From assembly GCF_018977255.1 (NCBI RefSeq), contig NW_024704752.1:9858001-9922000 (forward strand): 64,000 bases of DNA, written 5' to 3'. Origin of the DNA: Callorhinchus milii (Eukaryota). The notes under the pieces are model-generated. The model was not told the DNA's origin and did not search any database. It worked only from the letters and a program-made list of their open reading frames with translations. Shown here one piece after another: positions 10,271 to 23,467 of this stretch. The translations under genes were made by a program, and so were the position numbers. How positions within the stretch are numbered: position 1 is the first letter of the stretch; every line of letters starts with the position of its first letter.

Positions 10271-13200
10271 TCACTGTTTCTTGGAAGCCATTTTACCCAT
10301 CATGTGCTTCTTCGTATTTTCCTCTTTTTTCAGCAGGATAATATAACATTTTGGAGCAAAAATACAGACAAGTAATCCAAAGCTTGAGGCCAAAATTGCA
10401 AATATTTCTACAGCCACAGTATATTTTCCAGGAGAGCTTACATAAGCTGGAATGAAAGTGATCCAAACAGCACAGAAGATAAGCATGCTGAAAGTGATGT
10501 GCTTCGCTTCATTGAAGTTGTCTGGAAGTCGGCGAGCGAGAAAAGCAACTACAAAGCATACACCAGACAACAGTCCAATGTAACCAAGTACACAGTAAAA
10601 GGCGACTGCAGATCCCAGATGGCATTCAAACACGATTCTCTCCCTAAAATATTCACTATTTTTCAGAGGATAAGGTGGTGCCAAACATAGCCAGACAGTA
10701 CATATTAAGCATTGTATCAGAGTAAGGATGAAACACTCAGGCGTTGTTGTGTAGGTCCAAACCACTTCATCATGTTATTACTGGGAAGTGTTGCATTAAA
10801 TGCCATCACCACAACGATTGTTTTTCCCAAAACACAGGAAATACAAAGAACAAACGTAATACCAAAAGCTGTGTGACGTAACCTACAGGACCAGACTGAA
10901 GGCTCTCCAATGAATGTAATTGAGCACAGAAAACACAAAGCTAATGCGAAAAGAAGCAGAAAACTTAACTCTAAGTTATTAGCTTTAACAATAGGAGTGT
11001 CTCTGTGAACATAGAAAGCTGCAAATACACCTAAAGTGATGCAGACTCCAAGCAATGCCAGTGTCACTAGAACAATCCCTAATGTCTCCTCGAAGGAGAG
11101 GAATTCAAGTTCCTTCAGTATGCAATGATTTTGTTTATCATTGGACCGGTATTCCAAAGGACATTTGAGGCAAACGGTTGAATCTGAAATGACGCACAGC
11201 ATATTCATAGATGCGTGATTTAGAATTGAAATACGTCCAATAAATGTTTGAGAATATAAGAAAGAATTGATAGCTGCGTTTGTTCTTACCAGTGATGTTA
11301 CTAATTTCACCATCAGCACATTCTATACAATCAAAGCAACACTTTGGTTGTCCTCTTCTTGCTGCTTTCCTTGTTCCAGGGAGACAACTGTCCGAGCAAA
11401 CCGCCCGTGGGACCTAGTTAAGACAAATGCAGATATTTAATTTTAGTTTTATACAATTTCTCTTTCACTGAAGGCATGTGGTTCTTCAGTTCCATGCAAT
11501 TATTTTCCTCCTGAGACTCATGAGTGCGCAGGAAAAGTGCTTACCGTAATGTGCCCTCCACTCCATACAATTACCGCCTCACGTATCTTAAATTCTTCTC
11601 CTGGAGGAGCAGATCCATCATAGTGCCCGATAGTAACAACATCAGTTCCACTGAGGTCATTTGGTTGCCAGTTTATAATGTCGTATGTTGGCACTGGATC
11701 CCCGCTTGCATCAAAATGAACATTTTCTCCAATCTTTGTGTTGAAATTTACAGTTTTCATGTAATGCAGAAGCTTTATTGGAGAATAAGATTATTGGAGA
11801 AGAGGAAATAACCTTTTACTTCAGCAAAGTACGTCAAACACCTACAATGGTGGAACGCTAATCAATACAAGGAACACAGGTATAGGTTCCACACTCATTA
11901 TGTACTGAGGAGGAACAGAAGCTTTAGTGATGCTGAGCCAAAATCCGTGTCCGTTCAATCCTTATTACTATTCAATCACGCGTTTCCTTCATGGTACCCG
12001 AACTTTTAAAGATGCAAAGTAAGATTAGGTTTGAGGGCGACAATATCTTTCAAATTGAATACTGTAAAAACATTCACTCTCAAAGACAACAATGAGGATG
12101 GCCATAATACGGGATTGGACCAACAGTAAAATGTTAAATATTAAATTGGCAAAAAAAATCACAAATAAATATGCTTTAATCATATATTTGGTATAACCTT
12201 AGAAGAACGAATCCATGAGCATAGCTTTCAATTTATATAGCACTTAATACAGATGACACTTAAATTCTATTGAAACATTTAACAATTACATGGCAAATCA
12301 TATGAAGAACTGCTTACTTGCCATGGTTGAAAGTTTGAAATATTTGCACAACTTTTATTGGAAAAAGGTCCTTTGCCAATTTCACATGACAGCATATCCT
12401 GAAGAGCATGAGCTATAGCGTAGGTTGCTGTATAGACCTTGTAGGTAACTCTGTACTGAGACACATCTGTATATGCATTATTTATATTCCGTAAATTCTC
12501 TCGTCCTGTGCATTTCTTAAATCCGTCTGCTTTGTGCTCCCCGTTTCTTAGTGTACAGTTGAAGGTTCTTTCCCAAAACTCTTTTATTAAGCGGTTTCTT
12601 GGATATGCAGAAGGATGAACTTGCAGTAGAAACTCTCTCAACCCTGGAACGTGTACTTTGCGAATGGCAATTCCAATTGTGCCTGAAAGGAACCGTCTAC
12701 GTTCTTCTGGGGACAGATGTGTTGTGGTGACCCACGCCTCACTTCCTATCCATTGAATACCTGTCACATTTTGACGCACAATTTCTTTTAGTAGAGCAGT
12801 CATATGAGAATGAGCAAGAAATGCTACAACAACTTTTGTGGTAGATTTCTTTATAATATTTACAATTTTAAGTAACTCTTCCCTCGAATATGTTATATGG
12901 AAAGATTCAGAAAATGCAATACAAACATCCAGTTGTTGCACAGCTTCTGTGAATGCTTTAATTCCGAAGTTACCATAGTCATCGTCACTTCTAATGGTCC
13001 CGATCCACGTCCAACCAAAGTGTTTCACCAGCTGAGCCAAGGCTCTGACCTGAAAGTAGTCACTTGGTATTGTTCTAAAAAATGATGGATATTCCCTCCT
13101 GTTGCTCAGACATTCACATGTAGCAAAGTAACTTACCTACGGAAATTAAAATGAGAAATAGAGCCAATAATCTTGAACTCAAATTATAATTACCTGTAAA

Positions 13201-15509
13201 CAAAACGTTCACTTTTTATGACAAAGGTGTTATGCATAAAGTTCAGTAACTATTATTGAATATTCCATTGATGACTTTGTTTATCGCTTCCATTTAGCAG
13301 TGAACATGTTGTTCTGGTACAGTACAAAACTTACATTAGAATACATTAGAATGTAAAGCACAGGAACAGACCATTCGGCCCAACTGGTCTCGCCAGCCTC
13401 CTCCTGCCCTTCCTCAACTAAGCCTTCAAGCATAACCTTCTAAAAACATTGATTATATTGCACCTCGTCGTTCTGAAAGTGTAAAATCGGCTGATGAATT
13501 GATAAAACATTGCTTAGCACGTGAAGCAATAATCATTAACAATATCATGAATGAATTAATCGATTTTTATTGCATGTAAGTATCCACAGTATTATTTAAT
13601 AAAAGAAGCATGGATTCTAACTGTATCCAACTAAATGGAAGTGAACAATAAAGTATGTTGAATATCACTTTTCTTTTACTGTGTTCCAGCAAACTGGCAT
13701 CATATTCCTTGAAAGAACTTACCAGAGGAATCCTAAAAGGACTGATTAAGGTCGCTATTGCTGCGGACATTGAGGAACTGGAGTCACCAACAATAGCAGA
13801 AACCACAGGTGCTCTTTTACAGGTGAAATCTGAAGATGTTTCTTCGAGTCCGTTTAAAAAATGGAAGGTTTTTTTTATTGATACAGATGGCGTTCCACAA
13901 GAGTCGGAAATCCAGTAGCCCAGAGTAATGTTGGGAAGCAGTGTCGGGTCTTTGTTTATTTCTTCTATAGCAAAGAGCATCGCCATCGCAAAACGAAACA
14001 ATCTGAATCGAAGCCTGTAGCAATGACAATATTAAATCTGTCGATTTTTTTATAACAGTGAAAGGTATTATTACTTTGGAAAAGAATATACCAATAGACC
14101 AATAGGGTCCCGACTTGAAAGGCGCTCTATAAATGAAATCTTGTTGTTGTTGTTGTTGTAGATAGAATTCCCTTTCCGTAGGTGAATTACTTTGCTACAT
14201 GTGAATGTCTGAGTAACAGGAAGGAATATCCATCATTTTTTAGAACAATACCAAGTGACTACCATCATGGTAAAGAAGGATTAAAGGATGAAATCAATAT
14301 TTGGAGCAAGATATGAACATAAGACATAAGAATTGCTTGAAGATAGATGACTGAGGTCATCCACTTTGCCTTCCAGCATCATTGGCTGTCGTATGCACAT
14401 GTCATGTCCCAAACTATGTACTGTATCTATCTAATTCCATTTTGAAAGTTGTTATTGAATCTGTTTCTACCAGCCTTTCAGGCAGTGCATTCCAACCTTG
14501 AACAACTTTGATTACCCCACTATTTCTGGAGAAATCGTAGAGGCCTGTAGCTAAATGGTTAGAGCACTTGCCCTGCAAGAGAGAGACCTGGGTTCGATTC
14601 CCGGCAGGGCAGAACGTTGGGCCAGTTTCCTTACTCCACATGTCTGATAATAATCCCTCAAGAAAAAAAAACAATAATAAATTGGTCACTTCAGTCTACG
14701 ACTGCTTGTGGGACACTGCTGTTGACAATTCGCTGCCGCGTTTTGCCCACAAAATATACAGTCAATTCACTTTCCATTATATTATGTGAAGCACTTTGAG
14801 ACATCTTAGAAGATGTGAAAAGTGCTATATCAAATGCAAGGATTATTATTATTTCACCTCAATATTGCCCTTTCAATACAATCCAGCATCTGGTATGCTC
14901 TGCTCACTGCCAATGAGCATTGTTACAATGGCTTAAATTTATTGTCAACTAGGACATCCAAGTTCTTTTCATTTTACTTATATATTATTTTCTTCCCATT
15001 TAAATATTAGTTCTTTGCTGTATTTTGCGTCTTCAGCTGAAGCACCTTGCATTTCTTTCAGCTGAAATTTACCTGACATCGGTCGGCTCAAGATTGCACA
15101 TCTTTCTGTATTGCTTACAAATATAAATAATAAAATCATACTCACATAGATATTGTTAGCTCATTTTCTGTAACTTAATTTGATGAAATTGAATCTGACA
15201 TGGCTATGTTTTGAAATGGTAACTAACAAACATGACCCGGAGCAGACCGGCTTTATACCTGCATTGCTTTCAGATGACTTCCCACCTTGAAGCCTCCACA
15301 GACGTGAAATAAGTAAATTATATTATAATCGTAACGTTGACCAGACTACCTATTAGGGTTTTGGTGTGTAGGCCTGAGACTATACATAAATTTGCAAATC
15401 TGCTTACAATTACTGCAGATTTGCCCAAGTTTTTAACAAACCAATTCAGCCCAGATGGATTTGCTTACCATCTGCTCTTCTTCCCAGACGATAAACTATA
15501 TAACAACGT

Positions 15510-15550
<41 letters not shown>

Positions 15551-16528
15551 CCTTGCATTTGATATAGCGCTTTTCACGTCAGGAGGACGTCCCAAAGGGC
15601 TTCACAGAACACACTGTAAAGTGAATTGACTGTATATTTGTGGGCGAACGCGGCAGCCAATTGCACACAGCAATGTCCCACAAACAGTCGTAGATTGAAA
15701 ATGACCAATTTATTATTGTTTTTGGTTTTGGAGGGATTATTATTAGGCTCTGTGTGGAGTAAGGAAACTTGCCCAAGATTTCGCCCTCTGCCTGGAATTG
15801 AACTCAGGTCTCTCGCTTGCAAAGCGAGTGCTCTAACCACTGAGCTACAGCTACAGGACTCCACAATGAAATATTTGACAATGAAATGTGCAAAACAAAT
15901 TTGAATATTTTGGGCACTTCACAATTCTGGAAACCCGTCTTTGAGCTTATCAAAATATTATTTGTGTCATAGAAATCTGATTGTAAATTTGCAAATATTA
16001 CCTAGAATGTACATGGAACGTATGACTCATATTCCTAGTAATAATTTTCAATATATTGTACAGTGAGATCACTAAATTATCTTCGAAATCAGATAGTTGG
16101 GCACTGCACTAGCTTCACACGTTTAAAAGAAAGGCTATCATCCAAACAAATATATTCTCTTTATAGAGCTAGAAATGATTAAACAGATATTATCATGCTC
16201 CAACAATGTTAGCTACCTAAAAGTGTTCAAGTAATTTGGCTATTTCATGACATTAATCCTCAACAGTCTGCCGATTTTTAGAATCCGATAAGACAAATGG
16301 ACAGTTTCACTAACTTTGTACATGTTACTGCTTTCGGTTGGGATTTAAAATTCATATCCTGTTCCTCAACATCGACATGAATACTGAAAACTCCTCCGAG
16401 AACGATGTCGCCATCTTCAGACAAACCGAGCAGATCAAACATCCCCAATGTTTGCAGGTTGTCTCTTCAGTCAGCCACACAGGAACAGGAACAGAAATCA
16501 ATAGCACACAGAGCATAGGGAAACACAT
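10271..16528 (-). CDS. G2: V2R/OlfC class C GPCR, near-identical duplicate of G1 with a G3-type 3' end; two frameshifts as assembled (pseudogene or homopolymer errors)
   Basis: Exons 16315-16528 (214 bp, CCCCC is CCCC at 16443-16446), 13723-14014, 12318-13136, 11545-11772, 11290-11413, 10271-11183 (913 bp, AAAA is AAA at 10731-10733). Confidence 0.88.
14173..14262 (+). repeat. Inverted 90-bp copy of the exon-3 acceptor/start inside intron 1 of G2
   Basis: Identical to 6936-7025; reverse complement of 13056-13145 with 4 mismatches. Confidence 0.95.
14541..14853 (+). mobile_element. tRNA-derived DeuSINE-like SINE (duplicate of 7733-8047)
   Basis: Essentially identical sequence and flanks to the G1 copy. 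Confidence 0.88.
15511..15863 (-). mobile_element. Young tRNA-derived DeuSINE-like SINE (duplicate of 8707-9045)
   Basis: Same head, including the gctaca duplication, core and (ATT)n tail. Confidence 0.92.
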
Positions 16529-17095
16529 AGTTTTTAACTGTGTCCTTCAGTGTCCAGAACACAGGTAATCACCCTTATATACTTTTAATACTGACATCTG
16601 TGCGCATTTGCTTTAAATAGATATATTATTCCAGGTGCTCTGAACAAATTAAGGACAATTCTCAGAAGGAAGCAAATGACCACTTTAATTTTTCTCCAGA
16701 TAATCAAACCAAAGGAGAAAAGAACAAAATTTAATTACAGAGTCATCTGAGCGTAGGGTACAATCTTATTCCTTTATCATTAATTTTCTACAGCACCGAT
16801 TAATTTCCTTAAGGTTTTATGATTTAATTTAACAGATGTGTGCTGTGTCATAAACATTTTACGGATCACCAAGTTTTATACCAAGTTTTGCACCAAGTTT
16901 TACCGAGACTTTTTTGTCCATTAACAATTAAAAAACTATTGTGCATTCAATACATTAAATTATTCACAACTTTGCTTTTATTAGTATTACATGATGAATC
17001 AGAATCTCATGATACTTCAGGGAGAGTAACACAACCAACTTCTAACTAGCATGTAATGTTTTGAGCAAAATTTTAATTTCATTCAGAAATAATGT

Positions 17096-20000
17096 TCACT
17101 GTTTCTTGGAAGCCATTTTACCCATTATGTGCTTCTTCGTATTTTCCTCTTTTTTCAGCAGGATAATATAACATTTTGGAGCAAAAATACAGACAAGTAA
17201 TCCAAAGCTTGAGGCCAAAATTGCAAATATTTCTACAGCCACAGTATATTTTCCAGGAGAGCTTACATAAGCTGGAATGAAAGTGATCCAAACAGCACAG
17301 AAGATAAGCATGCTGAAAGTGATGTGCTTCGCTTCATTGAAGTTGTCTGGAAGTCGGCGAGCGAGAAAAGCAACTACAAAGCATACACCAGACAACAGTC
17401 CAATGTAACCAAGTACACAGTAAAAGGCGACTGCAGATCCCAGATGGCATTCAAACACGATTCTCTCCCTAAAATATACAGTATTTTTCAGTGGATAAGG
17501 TGGTGCCAAACATAGCCAGACAGTACATATTAAGCATTGTATCAGGGTAAGGATGAAAACACTCAGGCGTTGTTGTATAGGTCCAAACCACTTCATCATG
17601 TTATTACTGGGAAGTGTTGCATTAAATGCCATCACCACAACGATTGTTTTTCCCAAAACACAGGAAATACAAAGAACAAAAGTGATACCAAAGGCTGTGT
17701 GACGTAACCTACAGGACCAGACTGAAGGCTCTCCAATGAATGTAACTGAGCACAGAAAACACAAAGCTAATGCGAAAAGAAGCAGAAAACTTAACTCTGA
17801 ATTATTAGCTTTAACAATAGGAGTGTCTCTGTGAATATAGAAAGCTACAAATACACTTATAGTGATGCAAACTCCAAGCAATGCCAGTGTCACTAGAGCA
17901 ATCCCCAATGTCTCCTCGAAGGAGAGGAATTCAATTTCCTTCAGTATGCAATGATCTCGTTTTTCATTGGACCGGTATTCCAAAGGACATTTGAAGCACA
18001 AAGTTGAATCTGAAAGAAAGTAAATTGTGATTGAATGAACCTGAATTGAAATCTGTTCAATAAATGTTTGTGACTATAAGAATTAATTGATAGCTGTGTT
18101 TGTTCTTACCAGTGATGTTACTAATTTCACCATCAGCACATTCTATACAATCAAAGCAACACTTTGGTTGTCCATTTCTTGCTGCTTTCCTTGTTCCAGG
18201 GAGACAACTGTCAGAGCAAACCGCCCGTGGGACCTGGTTATAGATAAATGTAAGATGTTAATGTTATGCAGTTGCTCTTTTGCTGAAGGTGTGTTATTTT
18301 TCTGTTCCAGGTAATTATTTATCCCGAGATCCGTGTTCATTTGTAAGATCGGTTTGTCGTAGCCGAGCAACTCCTTTAACTTCTCAGATAATATTTCACA
18401 GCAAAAGCCCTTACCGTAATCTGACCTCCTCTCCATACAACTGCCTCTTCCTTTATATTAAGTTCTTCCCCTGGAAGAGCAGATCCATCATAGTGCCCGA
18501 CAGTGATTATATCAGTGCCGCCGAGGCCATTTGGTTGCCAGTTTATAATGTCGTACGTTGGCACTGGATCCCCGTTTTCATCGAAATGAACATTTTCACC
18601 AATCTTTGTGTTGAAATTTAATGTCTTCATGTAATGCAAAATCTATATTGGAAAAGAAGAAGAGAAGAAGAAATAATCTTTGATTTTATCAAAATACTAT
18701 AAACATTTATAATTGTGCAACACGAAGCATTACAAGGCAAACATGTTGCAGGTTCCAATCTCATTCTGTGCCGAGCAGTAGCAGTTGTTACCAATTGGCT
18801 TTAATGCCGCTGAACCAAGAAAGGGAAAATCAGTGTCTATTTCCCCTATTGTAGTGTCTATTGTAATTAGATGGTTTCAAGATGCACAGTAAGAATATGT
18901 TTGAGGGTGGTAATGTCCTTCCAATTGAATCGTGTGAAAATACTCTCTAAGGCCACATTTACAAAAAACGAGGATTGTCATGGTATGGGAATCCGACCAT
19001 CAGCAAAATAATAAATAGTAAATTAGCAAGAACAGCACAAGAATCCACAAACAGACATGTTAGGTAATATATTTGGAGTCCTGTAGCTCAGTGGTTAGAG
19101 CACTCGCTTTGCAAGTGAGAGACCTGAGTTCAATTCCAGGCAGAGGGCGAAACCTTGGGTAAGTTTCCTTACTCCACACAGAGCCTGATAATAATCCCTC
19201 CAAAACCCAAAACAATAATAAATTGGTCATTTTCAATCTACAACCGTTTGTGGGACATTGCTGTGCGCAATTGGCTGCCGCGTTCGCCCACAAATATGCA
19301 GTCAATTCACTTTACAGTATATTCTGTGAAGCACTTTGGGACGTCTAGAAGACGTGAAAAGTGCTGTATCAAATGCAAGGATTATTATTATATTTGTTAT
19401 AATCTTGGAACCACAGATCTATGGCTATAGCTTTCTACTCATATAGCACCTTACACAAACTAAACATAAACACCATTCAAAGTTTAACATTTACAAGACA
19501 AATCATATGAAGATCGTCTTACTTGCCATGGTTGAAAGTTTGAAATATTTGCACAACTTTTATTGTAAAATGGTCCTTTGCCACTTTCACATGACAGCAT
19601 ATCATGAAGAGCATGAGCTATAGCGTAGGTAGCTGTATAGACCTTGTTGGTAACTCTGTACTGAGACACATCTGTATATGCATTATTTACAGTCCGTAAA
19701 TTCTCTCGTCCTGTGCATTCCTTAATTCCGTCTGCTTTGTGCTCCTCGTTTCTTAATGTACAGTTGAACGTCATTTCCCAAAATTCTTTTATTAAACGGT
19801 TTCCTGGATATGCAGAAGGATGAATTCGCAGTAGAAACTCTTTCAACCCTGGAACATGTACTTTGCGAATCGCAATTCCAATTGTGCCGGAAAGGAATCG
19901 TCTACTTTCTTCTGGAGGCAGATGTGTTGTGGTGACCCACGCCTCACTTCCTATCCATTGAATACCTGTCACATTTTGTCTTACAATTTCTTTTAGTAAA

Positions 20001-23000
20001 GCAGTCATGTCAGAGTGACCAAGAAATGCTACAACAACCTTTGTGGTAGATTTCTTGATAATGTCTATAGTTTTAAGCAATTCCTCCCTCGAGTATGTTA
20101 AATAGAATGACTCAGAGTAGGCAATACAAACACCGAGTTGTTGTACAGTTTCTGTGAACGCTTGGATTCCAAAGTTACCATAGTCATCATCACTTCTAAT
20201 GGTCCCAATCCACGTCCAACCAAAGTGTTTCACCAACTGAGCCAAGGCTCTGACCTGAAAGTAATCACTTGGTATTGTTCTAAAAAATGATGGATATTCC
20301 TTCCTGTTGCTCAGACATTGACACGTAGCAAAGTAACTTACCTACGAAAATAAACATGAGAAAGAGAACAAATAAACTTGAGCTCAAATTATAATTATCT
20401 GTAAATAAAATGTTCACTTTTCATGGTGAGCATGTTATTACTATTACCGAATGCTTATCCCATTGATAACCTTCCAGTTAGCAGTGAACATGTTGTTAGG
20501 GTACAGTACAAAACTTACATTCATCAAACATTGAATATATTACACATCGTCACATAATTTTTACACATTACACACAAGTGGAAAATCGTGTTATTACTAT
20601 TAACCAAAACTGACATTCATCAAACATTGATTATATTATATATCGTCATTCTGAAAGTATAAAATTAGCTAATAAAATGATTAAAACACATTGCTTAGCA
20701 ATAATCATTAATGATATTATGAATGAATTAATTGACATTTTGTTGCATGTCATTTTTTGGTTGCATTAAAAGAATTGCTGATTCTAAATGTATCTAACCA
20801 AATGGAAGTGGATACAAAGTATGTTGGATATCACTTTTCTTTTATTGTGCTCCAGCAAACTTACGTCATATTCCATGAAATAGCTTACCAGAGGAATCCC
20901 AAAAGGACTGATCAAGGTTGCTACTGCTATGGACAATGAAGAACTGGAATGACCAACAATAGCGGAAACCACAGGTGCTCTTTTGCAGGTGAAATCTGAA
21001 GATATTCCTTCGAGTCTGTTTAAAAATTCGAAGGTTGTTTTTATTGATACGGCAGGTGTTCCACAAGCGTCAGAAATCCAGTAACCCAGAGTAATGTTGG
21101 GAAGCAGTGTCAGGTCTTTGTTTATTTCTTCTATAGCAAAGATCATCGCCATTGCTAAACGAAACTGTCTGAGTCGAAACCTGTAGCAATCAAAATATTA
21201 AATACACTATCTCTCAATTTTTTACAACATTGAAAGTGACACTGGTATTATCATTCCAGAAAAGAATAAACCAATAGATAAAATGTCCTTTTCTGCGGTT
21301 AAGTCATAGCAAAGAAGGATTAAAGGATGGAATCAACATTTGGAGCAAGATACGAACATAAGATATAAGAATTGCTAGATGATAGATGACCAAGGACCAT
21401 TCAGTTTTCCTTCTATCATTTTTGGCAGTCACATGAACATTTCACGTCCCAAACTATGAAATGAATCCCACTATATTATTTCGTAAAATAAATCTATCCA
21501 ATTTGCTTTTTGAAAAAATTAACATTTTCTGCTTCCACCATCTCCCTAGGGAGCCTGTTCCATAAATGTACTACTCACTCACTGTAATAGTGATTCCGCA
21601 GACTTGTTTTGAATGTACCTCCCTTCAATTGCAGTCGCTGTCCTCTGGTTCTCCTGTTCTGTACAAGATAAAGCAACCTTGGTCTACATTAGTCTTTTGT
21701 ACTGCAGCGACCAGAACTGCACACTGTACTCAAGTGCGGTCCCATTATAGTTTATAATAATAATAATAATAATAATCCTTGCATTTGATATAGCGCTTTT
21801 CACGTCGGGAGGACGTCCCAAAGCGCTTCACAGAACACACTGTAAAGTGAATTGACTGTATATTTGTGGGCGAACGCAGCAGCCAATTACGCACAGCAAT
21901 GTCCCACAAACAGTCGTAGATTGAAAATGACCAATTTATTATTATTTTTTGTTTTGAAGGGATTATTATTAGGCTCTGTGTGGAGTAAGGAAACTTGCCC
22001 AAGGTTTCGCCCTCTGCCTGGAATTGAACCCAGGTCTCTCGCTTGCAAAGCGAGTGCTCTAACCACTGAGCTACAGGACTCCTGAATTGTTAGGATTCAT
22101 AGAATCATAGAACCGTAGAATATTACAGCACTAATATTCTATATTCATATTCTAAGCGCTCTGAGATGTCTACCATGTGTGGAGGGCACTAAATAAGTGC
22201 AAGTTGTAACACACAAGGAGGCCATTCGGCCCAGTGTGCATTTGCCTGCTCTTTGGAAGAGCTATCCAATCATTCCCACTCCCCCGCTCTTTCACCGCAC
22301 TTCTGCAAATTTTCCTTTTTCAAGTATCTATCCAATTCCCTTTTGATAGTCGTTATTGAATCTGTTTCCACCAGCCTTTTAGACAGTGCATTCGAGACCC
22401 TAACAACTTTGATTACCCCACTATTTCAGCTCAGTATTGCCTTTTTGATACAACCCAGCATCTGGTTTACTCTGCTCACTGCCACTGAGCATCGATACAG
22501 TGCCTTCAATTTATTGTCAACCAAAACACCTTTTCATTTTCGGTACATATTACTTTCTTTCCATTTAAATAATAGTCCCTTGCTGTATTTTGTGTCCCCA
22601 GGTGAAGCACCTTGCATTTCTCTACATTGAATTTTATCTGACATCGGTCTGCCCAAGAGACTATACGTGAATCTGCAAATCTGCTGATAATTATTGCAGA
22701 ATTGCCTAAGTTTTTAACAGACCAATTCAACCCATATGGATTTGTTTACCATCTGCTCTTCTTCCCAGACGATAAACTATATAATAACGTTTGATAATGA
22801 AATGTGCAAACCAATTTGAATATTTTGGGCACATAAGCACTTCACAATTCTGGAACCCAGTCTACGTGCTTATCAAAAGAAAATTGTCAAATGGCGGATT
22901 TGTGTCATAGAAATCTGATTGCAAATTTGTAAATTTACCTAGAGTGTACATGGAAAGTATGATTCATATTCCTTGTAACAATTCGAATATACTGTACAGT

Positions 23001-23467
23001 GAAACCACTAAAATATCATTGAAATCAGATAATTGGGTAATGCATTAGCCTTTCCACCTTCAAAAGAAAGGTTTTCATCCAAATAAATATATTCTCTTTT
23101 TAGAGATTAGAAGTGATCTAACATATATTATCATGCACCAAAAATGTTAGTTATCTAAAAGTGTGAAAGTAATTTGGCTATTTCATGACATTAATCCTCA
23201 ACAGTCTGTCTATTTTTAGAATCCAATAAGACAAACGGACAGTTTCACTAACTTTGTACATGTTACTGCTTTCGGTTGGGATTTAAAATTAATATCCTGA
23301 TCCTCAACATCAACATGAATACTGAAAACTCCTCCGAGAACGATGTCACCGTCTTTAGACAAACTGAGCAGATCAAACATCCCCCAATGTTTGCAGGTTG
23401 TCTCTTCAGTCAGCCACACAGGAACAGGAACAGAAATCAATAGCACACAGAGCATAGGGAAACACAT
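17096..23467 (-). CDS. G3: intact V2R/OlfC class C GPCR, 863 aa
   Basis: Exons 23253-23467, 20889-21180, 19523-20341, 18415-18642, 18110-18233, 17096-18009; canonical sizes 215/292/819/228/124/914 with consistent phases. Confidence 0.95.
19075..19391 (+). mobile_element. Young tRNA-derived DeuSINE-like SINE in intron 3 of G3
   Basis: ggagtcctgtagctcagtggttagagcactcgctttgcaag...ttgtgggacattgctgtgcgcaattggctgccgcgttcgccc...aaatgcaaggattattatta; absent from the same position in G4 intron 3. Confidence 0.93.
21350..21745 (-). mobile_element. Degenerate CR1-like fragments in intron 1 of G3
   Basis: Homologous to 7075-7410; ccagaactgcacactgtactcaagtgcggt is typical CR1 RT-region sequence. Confidence 0.65.
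21754..22082 (-). mobile_element. Young tRNA-derived DeuSINE-like SINE in intron 1 of G3
   Basis: Full head, core and (ATT)n tail. Confidence 0.93.
22095..22655 (-). mobile_element. CR1-like LINE fragments
   Basis: catagaatcatagaa terminal repeat; reverse frame [20 protein letters not shown] (CR1 RT C-terminal motif). Confidence 0.8.

Noticed and set aside
19075-19150. tRNA-Ala(TGC)-like sequence, also at the heads of other SINE copies
   Set aside because: No proper acceptor stem, and always fused to the SINE core and tail; these are SINE heads, not tRNA genes
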